From Octopus sinensis (lineage: Eukaryota): 64,000 nt of DNA. The notes under the pieces are model-generated. The model did no database searches. It was not told the origin of the DNA and was given only the letters and a program-made list of their open reading frames with translations. The position numbers and the translations under genes were made by a program. The DNA lies in NCBI RefSeq assembly GCF_006345805.1, contig NC_042998.1, forward strand, positions 40,238,001 through 40,302,000. The letters run 5' to 3'. Shown here piece by piece: positions 1-14,601 of this stretch; within the stretch, counting starts at the first letter, position 1; every line of letters begins with the position of its first letter.

Positions 1-226
1 CCTAAGTGGACATTAAAACTGAGAAAAAAGCCATGTGTTCAGTAGAAACAACTGTAATGAGATAAGGGGGAACAATTCAGTTATAGGGGTGGTTGTAAAA
101 TTAATGATATTTGTGAGTGTATGTATTGCTTTAAGAAGTTAAATGATGTTTTTATGTATAGCACTTTAAGTCCATTAAAGTTTATATATATATATATGTC
201 ATATATATATATGTGTGTGTGTGTGT

Positions 227-890
227 GTTAGTTAAGTTAGTTAATTAATTAATTTTGGGGCTCAAAAAGCAAAAAGCAAGGCCATGTAGGGGGACATGGA
301 GTTATGTACAGGGTGGTGTTCATGCCACTTGTGGTCAAGGGAGACTTTGAACCGAGCGGTCGTCAGCATCTCGTCTGGCAGCTTATTCCATGGATCCATA
401 ACCTGGACGGAGAAAGCCCCTCTCCTTCGATTGAGATGAAATCATCGCAGATAGAGCTTTTTGGAATGACCCCCACAGCTGATGCTCTGGAGCAGGAGTG
501 AAGAACAGCTCTTTCGAGAGGTTACACTTTCCGCTTATGATGTTGTGAGCAAGAATGAGATCTCCGCGTCGTCGTCGTTTTTCTAGAGAATAATGGTCGA
601 GCGTCTTCAGCCTTTCTTCATAAGACAAATTCTTGAGACCAAGAACCATGCGGGTAGCCAGCTTCTGGACTCTTTTGAGATGCTGTATGTCTTTGAGGAG
701 ATAAGGAGAAGAGGCTTGAATCCTGTACGCCAATATGGGTCTCACCAGCGTGACATAGAGCGGTAGGAATATGGCTGCTGTGAGCATTCCGAATGACCGT
801 CGAATCAAGAACAGAACTCCGCGTGCTTTGTTGGCAGCATGGACGCACTGGGCCGAAGGCGAAAAGGAGGAATCCACCAAGATACCCAGG
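227..890 (-). mobile_element. CR1-clade LINE, 5'-truncated 3' fragment (RT C-terminal region plus short-repeat tail)
   Basis: ORF 383-943(-) contains LGILVDSS..QC..AANKAR, LYVTLVRPIL, RVQKLATRMV, LSYEERL and RRRGDLI, typical of the C-terminus of CR1 ORF2. Ends in a (TAAC)n-like tail at about 227-250. Confidence 0.85.
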
Positions 891-946
891 TGTGTGTGTG
901 TGTGTATGTATATATGTATGTATGTATATATTTTTCCTCTCACACC

Positions 947-1001
947 GTCTCTGACGAAGGGATATTATTATTAATTGATATTCTAGAAACAGCTGTAAGA
1001 C
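947..1001 (+). ncRNA. Minimal type-I hammerhead ribozyme motif
   Basis: GUCU-CUGACGA-[stem II GGGAUAUUA/UGAUAUUCU, first pair A.A]-GAA-ACAGCUGU-A|AGAC. Stem I GUCU/AGAC; GUA cleavage triplet. Confidence 0.7.
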
Positions 1002-1868
1002 CTTCTATATATAAATGCTCTAATATCTACACAGCCTAGGTTTTTTTATCTCATTACGGAAAAAAAAAAAATTCATATCTGTATATATATATAAATAAAA
1101 AAGAGAGAAAAAAAATCAATGTACTATCTACTCCTTACCTGATTTTGGTTTATAAGTTGCGGAAAACATTTTAATGTTATAAGGAAAAAATTTATTTTAG
1201 AAATAGAGATTATTCTTGTTTTTAGTTTTAGTTTGTTTGACAGGTGTTGAAAGTCTCTTTTGACTTGTATCAACTTCTTTCAAATCTTTTGAGTGTAAGC
1301 AATGTGACTTCTGTCATGCAATTTCCATATTCAACATAGTACCCGCATAATAGCACTTTCATGCCACTTTGTTTTCAGTGCCATTGAAGGCAATGGCATT
1401 ATTATCATTCTGTATACACTTCTCAATGATAGCTTGGTTTTCTCAAGCACACTGGCTCGCAATCCTGAAAGACTCAAACCTCTGATCCTTCTGTTGCAGA
1501 ATATGGGCAAACTAGTTTCTCCTCTAACTACTTGATGTTTTTCTCTGCTACCCACTTTCTTTCAGTTTACATAAGCCTGCCTTGTCTTCACTTTTATAGC
1601 CATATCTACATCATTATTACATCACCATCACTCTCCCTTTGGTTGAAACCTTGCACCATAAATGAAAGTAAAGAAAACTAAGTAGAATATAGGGTTTTTT
1701 TCAACATATTTTGAAGCTCATCAGTTAAAAGAAATGAAAATACAATAATGTTTAATGGAATGAGAGTTGACAAAGGCTCTACACCATTAATTACTTTTAA
1801 GTTTATTTCCAAAACATAATATATAAAGATAGGCTTTTAATTTCATTACTCATGCATATATATATATA

Positions 1869-2264
1869 CTAGTAGTATAGCCCGACGTTGCTCAGGTTTG
1901 TTTTCTTTTCGACCCTTTAGAATCGGAATTTTTGAAAAGTAAAAATTTTGCATTATGTAACTTGTTATACTCTTTAAGTGAATATTTTTCTGGCTGAAAT
2001 ACACTGAAAAATGGCGACACAGCAGTAAAAAAATCATAAAAAATAGGGATTTTCATAGAAAAAAAGCACCTTTTTGATGTAAATAATTTTTGGTGTTAAC
2101 ATGGTCCGATTTGAATTTTTTCTTCTATGGAATGAAGAGTAAGCCTTCTTCTATCATACTCTCAATTTTGGTCAACTTGCGCCGCAGGGTCTCGGAGGAG
2201 ATAGTGTTAGTTGAAGGCTACCAAACCTGCCACACACAGACAACTTCAGCTTTATATATAAAGA
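1869..2264 (-). mobile_element. Non-autonomous Helitron
   Basis: The - strand starts TCTTTATATATAAAGC and ends with the hairpin cctgagcaacgtcggg, then CTAG followed by T. Confidence 0.65.
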
Positions 2265-4218
2265 CTGGATGTGTAGTAATTAATGCACTCTAAGCAAAAA
2301 GGAACTCCCAGCTTACTGAATGAATTTCTGTATGCTACTGCAATTACTTAAAATCAAAAATAGCATTAACATAGATTGTTTGAGACTGTGTAAAGGGAAA
2401 TAGCTACCATTAAGTTCACAAGGCACCACCTACCCTGTCATAACAGAAGCAAGGTAAAAGTCTTCAAAGAAGAACTATGTGTGGTGTATGAAAACATCTG
2501 AAAGAATTTCAGAGAAAGTAAGCTACAAAGTTGCCATTAATCCATAAGCTAAAATTGCAGCTTGAAAATCCACCGTATTAAAATTATGAATGTTGCACCC
2601 TGCATTCTAGAAGAATGAGGATACTGAATAAAGTAGTCAAGATGCAATATGGATAAACAACGTACATCACTTTCAAGGAGTGATACTCCTTTTATAAACA
2701 GTTGAAAAATGACAGAGTGGAAAACCACTCTAGAGAGACCTGATAGCTAGATGCATCTATAAGAAGGCTTTGTCAACTTGTTCCTAGAAACAGTGGTTAG
2801 TATCATTAACAACAGTGTTGTCTAGCAGGGGTCAGACAACAATAGTGGCTAAAATTAGAAAAATTTAATTGCATGTCTAAATATTATGTTTAAACGATAA
2901 ACATGCTGTGTGGATGAATTAACAAGGGGATTACAAGGGTTCACTAAACATGCAAGAAATAGTAACCAAATCTTCCTCAAAATATACCCACTAATCCTTA
3001 AAAAAAAAGGACACACTGGTTTGGTTAGTGTAGTTCTAGACTCTTAGTCTTCACATCTATCAAAAAAAAAAAAAAAAGAGAGAGAGAGAGAAAAAGGAGC
3101 ATTATGGATATTGTTGAATCACCTTAATCATAGATCTGATGAAGGTTGACTTTGAAGCCAAACTGGTGTAGAAATTAAAACTTGAGTACTTCTAAGACAC
3201 TATACTAAGCATGGTTACAGTCCATGACAGAAAAAAAAATATGTGCGTGTGTGTTTATGTGAGTGAAGGGAAGATGGTGATGGTTATATAGATAAAATAT
3301 TTCTAATTGTGAAATACTAGTATAGGTATATTGGCTCAACGTTTGGCAGTGCTTCTTTGGCACAGAATTAAGGGATAACGTTCCATATTTGGAATAATTT
3401 GTATGTAAGTGTATGTAGTTGGTTTAAACAAAAATGCATACACACACACACACACATGCACATACACACACATGCACATACACACACACACATGCGGACA
3501 TATGAAATTCATGTGTGTAACAACAGAGTATCTTGTGCTTCTTTACAACAAATCTATTCCCGAGCCAATTATTTGGTGTCAAACAACTTAACTTTGGCTA
3601 ATGATCAATAACGCTTTGTATCAAAAGAACAAGTTGAAGTGAAAATTTACAAATATAGAAACATATTAAGAGGAGAAAATAAGAATAAACATTCATGACT
3701 CAATTAGAGCCAAACCCCGAAAACAAAAATAAAACACGGTAAATAAATGAAATTTTAAATATTTCATATTCAAAACAGGCATTTGTTTGCATCTGCTTGT
3801 CAGTGAACTGCTAAATATACTTTGAAGGAAAGACAGCTTTTAAAAAAGTGGAAGAATATTTACATAATTGAATTTTCAGTGTGTAACTTAAATAGTTCAT
3901 ATGTTAGAAAAAAAAATCAATGAAAACAAACAAAAAAACCCCCCAAAACAATGTGAGAACACCTTTACAGAATTCACAAAACACCACCAGGAGAACAGAA
4001 CTATTTTATTATGTTGGATATTTACTAGATTTCCTCAAAATAATTAACAAAACAGAACATAAACAATGAGCATAGCTATTTTAAAAAGAAAACAAAACAG
4101 CAAAAATTAGAGAAAAGACTTGCTTAAAAAAAAAATCTTTGTCAGATTTGGGTAGAAGATTAGCAATTAACAGAATGCATTTTTTAGTAATATGTTATAA
4201 ATGTAGTACTGATAACCC

Positions 4219-4610
4219 AGTGGAGGCGTAATGGTCCAGTGGTTAGGGCAGTGGATTCGCGGTTGTAGGATCACAGTTTTGATTCCCAGACCAGGCGTTG
4301 TGAGTGTTTATTGAGTGAAAACACTTAAAAGCTCCATGAGGCTCTGGCAGAGGGTGGTGGCAAATCCTGCTGTACTCTTTCAACACAACTTTCTCTCACT
4401 CTTCCTGTTTCTATTGTACCTGTATTTCAAAGGGCCAGCCTTGTCATACTCCATGTCACGCTGAAGCTGAATCTCCCCAAGAACTACGTTAAGGGTGCAC
4501 GTATCTGTGGAGTGCTCAGCCACTTGTGCATTGATTTCATGAACAGGCTGTTCAGTTGATTAGATCAACTGGAACCCTCATCGTCATAACCGATGGAGTG
4601 CCACTAACCA
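4219..4610 (+). mobile_element. tRNA-derived SINE (octopus OK-like) with 11-bp TSD
   Basis: tRNA-like head with A-box (tggtccagtggttagg) and a degenerate B-box. ACTGATAACCC is duplicated at 4208-4218 and 4611-4621. Confidence 0.8.
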
Positions 4611-6731
4611 ACTGATAACCCTATTGAAGGCTTCCAATACTGGTAGGGAGTTAGTTATCCTCTGACTAAAGACCTGACCCAAATACTTGCAACAGAATGG
4701 ACTTCACTAAAGTTACCAAAGATCAAGTTTGGCGGTGTTTAATTGGGCAATAGAATAAATGTATTACATTCATTGAATTTTGCCCAGTATTTTCTTCAAG
4801 ATTATATTCTGTATCAACTAAAGATTAATTGGTGTCTTTTTTTTTTGTTTACATAAAAGAGTAAGATATAACATTTATTGTTCCAAATACTCTGAACACT
4901 CAAGTACTTTAGGCACCTACCAATAAACAAAATTTCCAAATATTGATAGTTAAAACTTTAGTATGACAACATGGTATTACTGGGGTGTTGGGCTCACAAT
5001 CACAATTCCTGAACAAGGCAGTGTGTTATGTCTTTGAAGTAGGCACTTCATTTCATTTTGCTCCAGTCAACTCTGCTGAAAACATATACCAGCCTAGTTA
5101 TGATGCAGCTGTCCCTCATTTGAGTTGCCATGTCTTCGATGTTTCACTGGATCAAAGGTGAGAAGGCTAAGAGAGTGCCTATGTCCACCACCAACAACAT
5201 AGGCACCTAAAGCAATTATTGAAAGTTTGGTACTTCCAATGAAGTTATACTCATTCGTGAATGATGGCTATGGTTTTTATGACAATTGAGTTCTCTCAAG
5301 TTAGCTCTTATCCTCTCCACCCTATCTCTCTCTCTCCCTGTCTCCCCTTTTTTCTTTCTCAGTTACTCATACACATACCCATGGGTACCCTAGCATATGG
5401 AAATATATGATAACCTATGGCTGACTAGCACTCAAGAGTTGTCAATATAGCTTTGTTATGAGATCCAACTAACAGAAGCAGTTAGTGACACAGTGTGTTA
5501 TTTCTGGTTTAAATCTTAACAGCTCAATCAACTTAGTTGTTAAAGTACTGACTAAATTCCAAGAAATTAATGAACGAAGAATTTAATTTACAAACTATAT
5601 AGTATGTCAGTATATTATGGTAGTTGAGATGTCAACTCTACAGATGAAATACTAAATTAAGATTCTCAAAGAACTAACATATTATTTATAGAGACATAAT
5701 TAAGTAAGATTTAGGTTACGCAGGATATTAATCCAAAAGATAGACAGATTCCAGAAAATTTAGGCATTTTTTTGGTGAGGTGAGGTCTGAATCAGGTATA
5801 TTTAGCAAATTATTTACTTTCAAGACAAAAAGTGAGCTTTTGACAATGGACACAGAGCAATGGTGGTGGTGGTAGTGGGGGTTTAATGTTGTTTTCATTC
5901 ATTTATCTAAGGAGGGGGGGGGGGGGGCAGTGTCTGTAATTTTTGTGCAGATGAGTTAGTATGTTAATATTCTATTGGAATTAGTGGCAAATGAAAGCAA
6001 TTTTTAATTTGAATTGCTGCAGGTTAATAATTGTAGAGAAATACAAGAGTTGGATTAGAATTCAAAAGAATTGGAATTGAAGCAGACATTAAGTGTGGTG
6101 GATTTAATCATGGGTGTCCTGCTTATAGAACTTGGTTGAAAAGAGGTGGGTGGGTGGATTCCACAAGCTTTACAGAAGTAACTCTTACCAAGGGACCAGA
6201 AAACCTGGTTGCAAAATAGGAGATGAGAGAGGATATGCTAGCTGTGTGATGCACAAATTTGTCTTGTTTTCCTCATTGTCATCTTACATGCATTGCATAG
6301 GCAAGTGGTTAATTCTTTGGTTGTGAATGGAAATTTCCTCCAGGTGTTGAAGACAATGTTCTTTGACTGCATCATCAATAGTCTTGGCAACAAATAGTGT
6401 AAGCATACATAGGAAGTATGATATTGCATGGTAGAGGGGCATGAAGCATGCATTAGTAAGATAATGGACATTGAATGCAGGAGATCTGAAGAGGCTGAAG
6501 AGAAATGAGGCAAGCATGATCCATTGGATGGATAATTTTAACATGAATTAGATCACAAGTGCCCTGAGAGAGAGACTAGGCGTTATAGATATCAATATAT
6601 GACAGAAAGAGAGACAACTATACAGCCCTCATTACCCATTCATCACATGTATGAACATGTGATGTGAATGGGTGATGAGTGTTGGACAAAAAAGTACAGT
6701 GGAGAAAAATGTTCAGGAGATATTCATAGGG

Positions 6732-7022
6732 GCTGACCAAAGCCTTGCGAGTGGATTTGGTAGACGGAAAATGAAAGAAGCCCGTCGAATATATATATAT
6801 ATATGTATGTGTGTGTATGTGTTTGTGTATCTGTGTTTGTCACCCCAACATTGCTTGACAACCGATGCTGGTGTGTTTATGTCCTTGAAACTTAGCGGTT
6901 TGGCAAAAGAGACCGATAGAATAAGTACTAGTCTTACAAAGAATAAGTCCTGGGGTCGATTTGCTCGACTAAAGGCAGTGCTCCAGCATGGCCACAGTCA
7001 AATGACTGAAACAAGTAAAAGT
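6732..7022 (+). mobile_element. Major tRNA-SINE family, 5'-truncated copy
   Basis: Closely matches the copies at 24807-25190 and 38897-39323 (gaccaaagccttg...gactgaaacaagtaaaa), with an internal TA/TG microsatellite. Confidence 0.8.
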
Positions 7023-7914
7023 GTAGGAAAGGAAGGAGTGATGAAGTCAGATCTCAGGAAGCTGGACTTCACATATGTGATGACAAAAGACCAAAATGAG
7101 TGGCAATATTACTTGGGTACTGTGTTGAGAGAGACACTGAGAGGCACCAAAGTAGCTGTGTGTTTTTGTGTGTGAGAGAGAGACAGAGTATGTGATGAAT
7201 GTCTAATCAGGACTAATCAGGAGTGGGAGTGGAAGTTAGCAGCGTAGTGGGGGTAATGCTAGCTGGTAAGTGAGCAATGAAAGTCAATAAAGGAATGATG
7301 GTAGGGGGAAGAGGAGATGGAAGGAATGTTGATTAGCAGTACATTGGGGTAAAAAGACAGAGTGTAATAGGTATCAGAAGAATCTGATGCAATCTTTTTT
7401 TACTGAAGCACTGTGATATTAGGAAGAGAACCGTGAAATATGTGGTGGCAGAGGGAGCATTGAATATGGACAAATCTGTTTGCTCTTACACACACACATG
7501 TATAATACACATATGCATGCCTATAAAAAGAGGTAAATGAGTCTCCATTTGTTTTTGGCAATGAGTATTTCAGTTGTTCAACCAAGTGAATTACTTGCTT
7601 CTATTAGTGTGTAAGTGGCTGAGTATATCAAAAACACAGGCAAATTAGTGTGACATGGTTTGTGACAAGACTAACCCTTTGAATCACAGGTACATCTGAA
7701 GCCACCTGATGGGCTTCCATACAATTTTACTCTATCCAGTGTTATTCATTTACAAGAAGCCACTCCACTCCTTAGCTTCATCTGAGTCCACCTTGCCCAC
7801 AGTGCAGGCTTTAGTACTGATTATAGGCTTCACTTAATGACTAGTGGGCAATAATCCATGCTCCATTAAACCCATTAGAGTCATATGCTCAATATTAGAT
7901 TACTCCTCAAAGCT

Positions 7915-8018
7915 TTGTGTATGTGTACAAGTGCACGTGTGTACATGTATGCATGTAAGTACATATATGTATACATATATGTATATTTATATATTTTATA
8001 TATATGCATGAGTGTATG

Positions 8019-8062
<44 letters not shown>

Positions 8063-8130
8063 ATATATATATATATATATGCATGAGTGTATGTATGTAT
8101 GTGTATAAATATATATATATATATGTATAG
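7915..8130. repeat. Compound (TA)n/(TGTA)n microsatellite
   Basis: Directly visible. Confidence 0.9.
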
Positions 8131-9767
8131 GTATATAGTGTATATAGTTTATAGAGGATTTATTTTGACAAGATACAAGGTCACAATTGGAATTAGATCA
8201 GACCTAGTTAAGTAAATGAATTTTGGTATCTTACAGAGATGTATTATATTAACCCCGGAAAGATGAAAGGCCAAGTTCACTATGATATTAATTGAACATA
8301 TATTTAGAAGGATACTATCACATAGTGCATATAAAGTTTTGAGTGTGCATCTATTGTGTCGTGTGTTTTATAAAGCTGGCATCTGTAAGTGTTAAAAAAA
8401 ATGATAAAAAACATTTAGTGATGAACAGAAGGTTCACACTAATCTTAATAAGATGCTTGACAAATAGGAGTTTTATTTACAAAACATGCGAGAAGAAAAC
8501 TGAATAAAATCAAAATATCAACAGCAAGAGAGAGTTGATTTGGTTACTTTAATATTTTAAATTCAGATGCTTAACTGAGTTGATGAGTTTTATGTTGATG
8601 TAACAAGTGGGTAAAATAATGTATATGAAATAAAATTAAAAAAAGATTAATATGGCTATTGATACAAAGAGTAATCCTCACTTCCTAAAGTCTTCTTGAA
8701 ACAATGTAAGTGTAGGATTAATTTAATCGTCCTTATCTTATAACTCAGAATCCTAAATAGCTTATAAGCTCTATTACATTTTCATTTAAATCTTTCAATG
8801 CTAGATTTAAATCAATTCTTTATGCAAGAAGATTTATATTTCATAAGTTTTCATAAAACTCAATTCAAATTATTTTGTAACATGTTAAAAGTGATTTGGA
8901 CGTATGTGATAAAAAGAAAACAAAAATCTGTTGTTTCATAAAGATTACATAAAACAAAGAGTTTCCATGAAAAAATAAGCCATTTTGTATTAACAAAAAC
9001 AGGAATCAATTACATTAATAAGTGAAGACTACCAGAAATTTGATCTGCTTGGGATTTTCTCAATTTCTTTTCAAGTTTCTAAGAATAGTACAAAGCCTAA
9101 TGGAAAACACACATTATATACAATACTAATATAGCTGTGCCATTAAAAATGAAGGAATTTTAAAAGAAATAAACTGCTAATGGTATGTAATAAATACATC
9201 AACATAACATACATTCCATATATTTAATGTAGACTTGTATAGTAAAATTAATTAAATTCTCATCAAAAATAGTTTGAAGGATTGAATGAAAATAAAATAA
9301 ATATAAGGTAAAGTTATATATTAATTGATTTAGCATTTTATTGAGGTTAAGACGATAAAAACTTTATTTAATTCCTCAACTAATATTTTATTAAAGCACA
9401 GGTGATCTTGTATCATCAAAAATGAGAATGATACATGCAGGAATGCAAAATGAAAACTGCTCAGAGAATAGTTAGTTAGTTCATGTGTGATTGACATTCT
9501 CGACAACGTCCTTTGAAAATTTCTATCACTAAAAGGAGTTGAACATATGTTCCTTTTTATTTGTTCTACCACTAAACTGCATTAATAATTTAGTAGTACA
9601 GAAGAAAAATGAATAATTTAGTAGGACAGAATAAAAATATGTATGTGTGTGCATGCGTGCATGTTTTCTTCCCAGTTTAGGGAAGAAAAGAGAGAAATTA
9701 GAAAACTAAATTAAGACATGAGATATTTTCGTTTACTTCTGAAGTTTCACTGTTTATGTGAGTCAGT

Positions 9768-9965
9768 GTCATCATCATCATCATCATCATCGTTTAACAT
9801 CCACCTTCCATGCTAGCATGGGTTGGACGATTTGACTGAGGGCTGGTGAACCAGATGGCTGCACAAGGTTCCAATCTTGATCTGGCAGAGTTTCTACTGC
9901 TGGATGCCCTTCCTAATGCCAACCACTCCAAGAGTGTCGTGGGTGCTTTTACATTCCACCAGCAT
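9768..9965 (-). mobile_element. RTE-type 3' end with (GAT)n tail
   Basis: Reverse complement of the aggaagggcatccag...ggacgttaaacgatgatgat module seen many times in this window. Confidence 0.7.
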
Positions 9966-10522
9966 GGGGGCTGTGAATACATATTTCTCAAAGATACCAG
10001 AATTGAAACAGCAAAAATTTCAAATTTTATTAAAGTGTAATAACCTATAACATAATGAATGCATGTGTGTGTGTAAAAATGTATACACATATGCATGTGT
10101 TAATGTATTTCTGTGACACTGAGACTCTCTCTCTCTTCCTGCCATTTCATTCTTCTGTCTTCTTTGTAAGGAACTAGAGAGATATATTTTGTATTTAATG
10201 TGGTGCTTTAAATTAAGTTAAAAATTTATCAATTGAATTGAGTTCTATATTTGTCCCTCTGCAGTTGATTAAATAAGTCTATGTAATACAAAGCAAAAAT
10301 GTCTATGAACCTATCAGGTTGTTGGTTAACAACTCTAGATACCATTTTCGCATCATGAGTTTAGAAATATCATTAATCTCTTTCTAACTTAACTGAATTC
10401 ATAGGAGTGAAAATTGAAGTTTAATTACTCAAGGGGGGATCTTAAAACTAATTTATAGATCACTGCCAAATATATCTCTCAAATAAGTTAGCTGCTTGTC
10501 TGACAAGCAAAAAGACATAATA

Positions 10523-11195
10523 CAGTGGAGCCTCAGTTTACAAATTTAATTCATTCTTGAAGGCTGTTTGTCACCTGAAATTTCCAGATAGTAAATTCAA
10601 GAAAAACCACAGTGATATCAAGCAGGAATGTGCACTGAGCAAAAGCTAGGCAGTAACTGATGCTCTCCCTCTGATCCTCTGAGCTTGTCACCAACTGTTG
10701 GTGCTGGCTTGCATGTTCATTACTCAAGACACTGTTTGTCACCTGAGATGTTTTATATTTGAAAAATTGCTTGTAAACTGATTTGTTTCCACATAAAAGT
10801 GCTCGTGCAGTGCAATGTAAAAGTGCCTGTGTGATGCTACGTAAAAACACCTGTGTGGCATCACGTAAAAGCACCTGTGTGGCACCATGTAAAAGCACCT
10901 GTGTGGCACCACGTAAATGTTCCTTTGCGACGCCATGTAAAAGCATTCATGTGGTGTTACATAAAAGCCCCTGTGCAGTGCCACGGGAAGCACCCAGAAC
11001 ACTCTGTAAAGTGGTTAACATCAGGAAGGGTGCTCCAGCAGCAGAAACCATGCCAAATGAGATAGGAGTCAGGTGCAGCTCCCTAGTTTACCTGCTCTGG
11101 TCAAACTGTTCAACCCATGCCAAAATGGACAATGGACATTAAATGACGATGATGATGATGATGATAATAAGTGTTCATAAAATAAAGTTACACTG
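10523..11195. mobile_element. Tigger/pogo-like MITE remnant interrupted by an RTE-type 3' fragment
   Basis: TA|CAGTGGAGCCTC left end and degenerate ...gttaCACTG|TA right end. Confidence 0.45.
10790..11168 (+). mobile_element. RTE-type 3' end with an internal 24-bp tandem array and (GAT)n tail
   Basis: About 8 degenerate copies of gtaaaagcacctgtgtggcaccat, then the aggaagggtgctccagc...ggacattaaatgacgatgatgat tail. Confidence 0.7.
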
Positions 11196-12284
11196 TATAT
11201 TGATGTTTAAAATACCAAGATGCCTCATATACTGAAGTGTTATAATGAAATACTGACTTATTATTTAAGCATGAAATTTCTATAGAAGTGGGTGATGGGA
11301 TAGTGTGACGTAGAGGCATTTCCCCAAGAACATTAGTGATGTAAGTGAAGTGTTTACTAGCGCAAATTAAAACTGGGTCATAGTCTCAGGTCACAAGGAA
11401 ATTAATGTCGCATAACAGCATCAGCCATTTTGTAACTGTAAAATAGTGAGTGATAATAACATAGGGCCCTATTTAATGAAACATTTCATACAGATGTTTA
11501 TTATAAAACATCTGGAACACTGTCTCTCAAAATATACTTTTATCACCCGTCTGTTTCATTGAAAAGTTTTATCATCATATGGCTATTAGTAAAACTATTT
11601 TACTGCCATTACTATCACCACAACAACCACCACCATTACTATCATCATCATCATCATTAATTATAACAGAAATGAATGGAAGATTATTCTCTTTTCTATC
11701 TTACAATTATATTTTTCTATTTCTAGTATATATTTATGTGTGTGTGTGTGTGTGCATGCGCACATTATATATACTTTGTAGTGTCTTAGGAGAGTCACAA
11801 TGCCAATAAAAATAACACACACTCTGGTTCAATTCTACTCCTTTATCATTAGTCAATTGATTAAATATCTATCCAACTAACTAATCGATCATTTGTTTAA
11901 CTTATTCGTTAAACAATCAGTTGCTTATTTTGTTTTTTGTTTAATGTAAAGTAAAAGTACAAATAGGCAAACAACTGGTATGAGGTTAGATTGTGACATT
12001 TATATATATTTATCATGGGGTTTGAGTTGTCATATGAGATCATAAGGAGGTAGTCTCTTACAGCTGTTTCAATAATAGATGAACAGATGGTGCATTTCCC
12101 TGCATGCTATCAGCAGTTAACCTTATAGTAGCAACCTATCCTATAAAAGGTCAGAATGGTTAGCAGTATGTATTTAAAAACCAAACACAAATAAAGGTAT
12201 ACTAACTAATGCAGACCATAAATTCTTGATTTAATAAAATTATCTCACAGAGGCAATGTCATATAACTAGCACTTGAGCTGGTG

Positions 12285-12619
12285 GAATGAAAAAGAACCT
12301 TTCGAGCATTGGGCTTCATGGAGGCAATGACAAATGACCAAGACCTTTGGCAATATGTTGTGCTTGAATAGAAGACTTATCAAGCCAAGTGAGATCATAG
12401 TTGTGGCAGATATTGGTGTCATGTAACTGGCGCCTGTGCTGGTGACACATAAAGGCACCCATTACACTCTTGGAGTGGTTGGTGTTAGGAAGGGCACTGA
12501 GCCATAGAAGCCATGCCAAATCAGACTGGAGTCTGGTGCAGCCCCTCAGCTTACCAGCCCTGGTCAAACTGTCCAACCCACGCCAGCATGGACAATGGAT
12601 GTTAAATGATGATGATGAT
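12285..12619 (+). mobile_element. RTE LINE 3' fragment
   Basis: Similar to 22570-23181 and ends in (GAT)n. Confidence 0.65.
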
Positions 12620-14364
12620 CTCTCCTTCCAGTGATGGTAGACCAATCTGCTGGTGGCAAATAAGAAAAGTAACAATCTCAATAAACAAGAATTCTCCAAA
12701 ACTGATACATCATTAAGGACAAGACAATCTAATTGTCTGAAGACAGGGGGACAGCTGTAGACACAAGTCTTTACCTCAATAGGTGTCAGATTTTTCCAGC
12801 CATCCAAATTGTAAACACCATTTCACTGATGTATGTTTTTAGTGCCTCACCATCAGATACATTATTTTAAAAACTGTGTTTGATAAAATTGGAAGATACC
12901 AACGTATCTAACCAAAACAGCAATGAACCAACAGTGGAGCCTGACTTGCTTGAAATAATAGCCAAATTGCCTTCAAATTACACCACCAGAAGGAAAGAAG
13001 ACATTAAATAATGTAGCCCTATGTAAAAAGATGGGATGAAATACTTTTAATCATGGGTCTGCTAAATCAAAGCAGATCTGAGATTAAACAATAATCAAAC
13101 AACAAAAGTCTAACAGAATTCTCACATAAATTGTGTGAATAGATGTTGTATAGCAAAAGCATTTATATGAAGCATTTAGATCTACAGAACTTGCTAAGTT
13201 TATCATTCTATTTTCTCTATACTATTTGAAACATAAAAGATCTTTTACACTCAATTTTATTCAGGTAGTTAATTGCAGTGTGTGGTCCTCAGAGACAAAT
13301 AAAAATAAGTTGGTGTATATTAGCATCGAATTAGTTTGAAACTAAATGAAAAGTTAACCCAGTCAAGCTGTTTTGAACCAAAGAAACATTGACTCTCAGT
13401 GTAAGCATAAATTTTGAAGTTACTAATTAATGCAAAACATTTGAGCAAGTAGATGAAGCTTTTTATTATACAGAAAATGATATTGATGAGATGTATAAGA
13501 GTATACATATCTTTATTTTTTTTTCTTTTAGCTTTTATTTGTTTCAGTCACTGGATTGCAGCCATGTAGGGACACTACTTTAGGGAGTTTTAGCTGAATA
13601 AATTGAACCCAGTACTTTCTATCATCCTATCTATGCTCTAAACCTCATTCCTTGTGACACATCACCATCACCTCTCTCCTGCTGCCTCCCTCTCTCTCTC
13701 CCTTGCTCTTCCTTCTGGCTGGGTAACTATACATCTCTATAGCAGCACACCTGTTTCTCTCCTCTTTCTTTTTACCACTCTCTCCCTCTATCTCTTCTGT
13801 CTTCCTCTCTCTCTTGTCCGGGTAATCATGTACCTCCTCTTTAACAAGACACCTGTTTCTGTGTCTGTCTCTGTCACACTCTAATCTTTCATCATCTGAC
13901 ACAAGATCACTTCCTTGAATTCCCCCCTCTCTCTCAAAATTACTTGTCTTGCAAGTTACTTGGTGACCCTGTCAGTACTGGTGCCACATAAAAAAGCATT
14001 CAGTCCACACTGAGAAGTGATTGGCATTTGGAAGGGCATCCAGCTGTAAAAACCACACCAAAGTTGACCTTGCCAGTGCTAGTGCCATGTAAAAAGCACT
14101 GAGTCCACTCTATGGAGTGGTTGGTTAGGAAGGGCATCCAGCCATAAAAACCATGCCAAAACAGACACAGTAGCCTGGCTGGCTCCTGTCAAACTGTCCA
14201 ACACATGCCAGCATGGAAGACGGACGTTAAATGATGATGATGGTGATGATATTATCAAAATGTAAATTTTTGTTAAACATTATTATAATACATATTAAAC
14301 ATATGTGATTATAAACAAAGCTGATAAAATGGTTTCTCATTATACAGGTAGGTCATATAAGACC

Positions 14365-14601
14365 CTTCTTGAGTCATATAGACCAATGGGGCTGGTTTTC
14401 CTGTTTCCAAGGTGCATATATCCTCCCTTGGATGGAATGCCATTTCATTGTAGGATTACTCATTTTGGCCAGCTGAGTTGACTGAAGGAACATGAAATGA
14501 AGTGTTTTGCTCAAGAACACGTGTTGCCAGGTACAGGAATTGAGACCATAATCTAATGATCATGAGTCCAACACCCTAACCACTAAGCTATGTGCCTCCA
14601 C
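14365..14601 (-). mobile_element. tRNA-derived SINE
   Basis: The - strand starts tggaggcacatagcttagtggttagggtgttggactcatg, similar to the head of the SINE at 4219. Confidence 0.6.

Noticed and set aside
4222-4295. tRNA gene
   Set aside because: The cloverleaf is degenerate and continues into a SINE body bounded by a TSD.
7885-8130. Short ORFs rich in YI/CV/HT repeats (here and in many other places)
   Set aside because: They are translations of microsatellites and SINEs, not genes.
10790-10990. CRISPR-like appearance of the 24-bp and 66-bp repeat arrays
   Set aside because: They are tandem units without unique spacers, lie inside RTE 3' ends, have no cas genes nearby and occur in a eukaryotic context.
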